A stretch of 63,977 nucleotides of DNA, counting the filler, from Intoshia linei (Eukaryota; Animalia; Orthonectida), in the NCBI GenBank assembly GCA_001642005.1. It is 6 parts of 6 records of this genome, joined end to end, with 100 filler letters (N's around TTAATTAATTAA, not from the genome) between each part and the next. Parts side by side here need not be neighbours in the genome. Positions count along the whole stretch, not along the records: positions 61,851 to 63,977 come from LWCA01002397.1; 5 more parts are not named here. One strand, 5' to 3'. Below the pieces are notes generated by a model. It searched no databases. It saw only the letters and a program-made list of their open reading frames with translations, and had not been told where the DNA came from. Below, piece by piece: positions 62,581-63,977 of this stretch. Both the position numbers and the translations under genes were made by a program. Every line of letters begins with the position of its first letter. The first letter of the stretch is position 1.

Positions 62581-63478
62581 TTAGAGATTATAGTTATCTT
62601 GTGTATGATAAATTGAATAACATAATTTTCTTTTTTCAGTGTTGACATTTATGACACGGCGACTTAAAGGTAATTTATCAACGTTTATGTTCTTTCCTTG
62701 ATTTATACTAAGATTGTATGGATAACCGTCATTACCACAGAGACACCAAATCTTATATCCATATCGTATTGGCTTACTCTTAATGAACATTTTTGCGCTA
62801 TGACGTCTAAAGTAAGGAACCATAGACTCATCGATACTCAAGAGACTGTGGAATATTCCAAATTTGAACAAATTATATCATATATTTTGGATACTTTATT
62901 CATTTTGTCTCCTTCGGTTAGATGCTGATTATCAACAAATGTAGGTACTTTTTTATTTCAAGATATCTATTTATGCTAATAACATTTTTAATAAGAGGAA
63001 TGCCCAAATCACTTTGGTTTGATCAGTATTGTTGTTTCTCTGGTTGTGTATGGTATCCTGAAAATAATATTATAGCCACTTTTTTTTAGTTCTACTTGAG
63101 TTAACGATAATTTTGATCTCTATTCGCATATAAATTGCCGTACTATACGATTGATAATTGTAGAACAAAAAAAATTTCCCAAATCTGATAAGGAGAATTT
63201 CCGTCAATTGCTGGGAATCTGTCAGATTTGAAAAGGTTATGGATTGGTAATTCATTTTTAAATGTGGAATGTTTTCTCTATTTCAAATTCACCAGCTGAT
63301 TCATTTCGTGTTCACCATTTTCAACTGAAAATTCTAAATCACTGTCAAGATCGCCCATATCTCCAGCCGCTAGGGGAAGTATAACTACGTTTTTGATGTT
63401 TTCAGACAGATTTATAAATTCTTCTACCTCTGACAATGTGGTTACACGCGTGATCTTATTTTGGTAATCTTTTTCCAT
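62581..63478 (-). mobile_element. Decayed piggyBac (PGBD-like) transposase
   Basis: LSIDESMVPYFRRHSAKMFIKSKPIRYGYKIWCLCGNDGYPY; upstream pieces frameshifted (VVILPLAAGD..DSDLE). Confidence 0.9.
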
Positions 63479-63977
63479 CAGTTTTTAATTATTAAAACGA
63501 TTTAGTTAGATTAGATTAGACCTTGGTTTAGCAATTTTGTTTATTTTACTATTAAAGTATAATAAATATGATGGAAAATAATATGTGACCGATCCAGTGT
63601 TGTAGTTGCAAAAGAAAGGCTTTAAATTTACTATGGAAAATGGGACTGAAAATCTATGAATTTTCTTGACTCTCTGAAACACGAACCAATGGATATAAAG
63701 TGATAATTTTTTTAGAGGTGATAGACGATACAATGGGTGTTCGCTTAATTTGATTAGATGCATTGTAAACACCTATTAATGTACTTTAAATTGTACCTGA
63801 AAAACATATTCCATTTTTGGAACATTGAAAACTGGCTTAAATATAATATTATTAATTACAATTGAATCTAAAATGAAAAAATTGTTTGGTGAATATCGAA
63901 TTATTATCGTTTTCGAATTAGTCAAACACTAACTAGATCCCAAGTATATCGTAATAATTTAGATAATATTATTTCAG

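Overview
Very AT-rich eukaryotic (animal) genomic scaffold, not prokaryotic, so the six-frame ORF track mostly shows exon fragments. Manual GT-AG splicing recovers about 17 protein-coding loci: WARS2 (partial), ARV1, TRAPPC3/BET3, a caveolin, UFL1, a TEKT2-like tektin, a large protein with repeated PWG-x-PG-x-GAP motifs (CSPP1-like), ANKMY2, EMG1/NEP1, an unidentified gene, DCTN5, lipin, DPY30, PRKCSH (glucosidase II beta), SIX1/2, B9D2 and a disrupted multi-PLAT (LOXHD1-like) locus. Introns are bimodal: about 30-60 nt, or kb-sized and filled with transposons. Intergenic spacers are often extremely short (convergent stop codons 1-32 nt apart; divergent ATGs 62-103 nt apart). The mobile fraction comprises an abundant non-autonomous Helitron family, hAT and pogo-like MITEs, a deleted Tc1 element, and decayed hAT/Buster, Merlin and piggyBac transposases. 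Five 100-nt scaffold gaps carry an artificial TTAATTAATTAA spacer. Divergent proteins, tiny introns and low GC suggest a reduced, ciliated bilaterian such as an orthonectid (inference only). No clearly novel multi-gene system is demonstrable from sequence alone. The best leads are the GAP-motif repeat protein among ciliary genes, the extreme tail-to-tail gene packing, the Helitron derivatives and a candidate SIX autoregulatory element. All coordinates were read by hand and may be off by a few bases.
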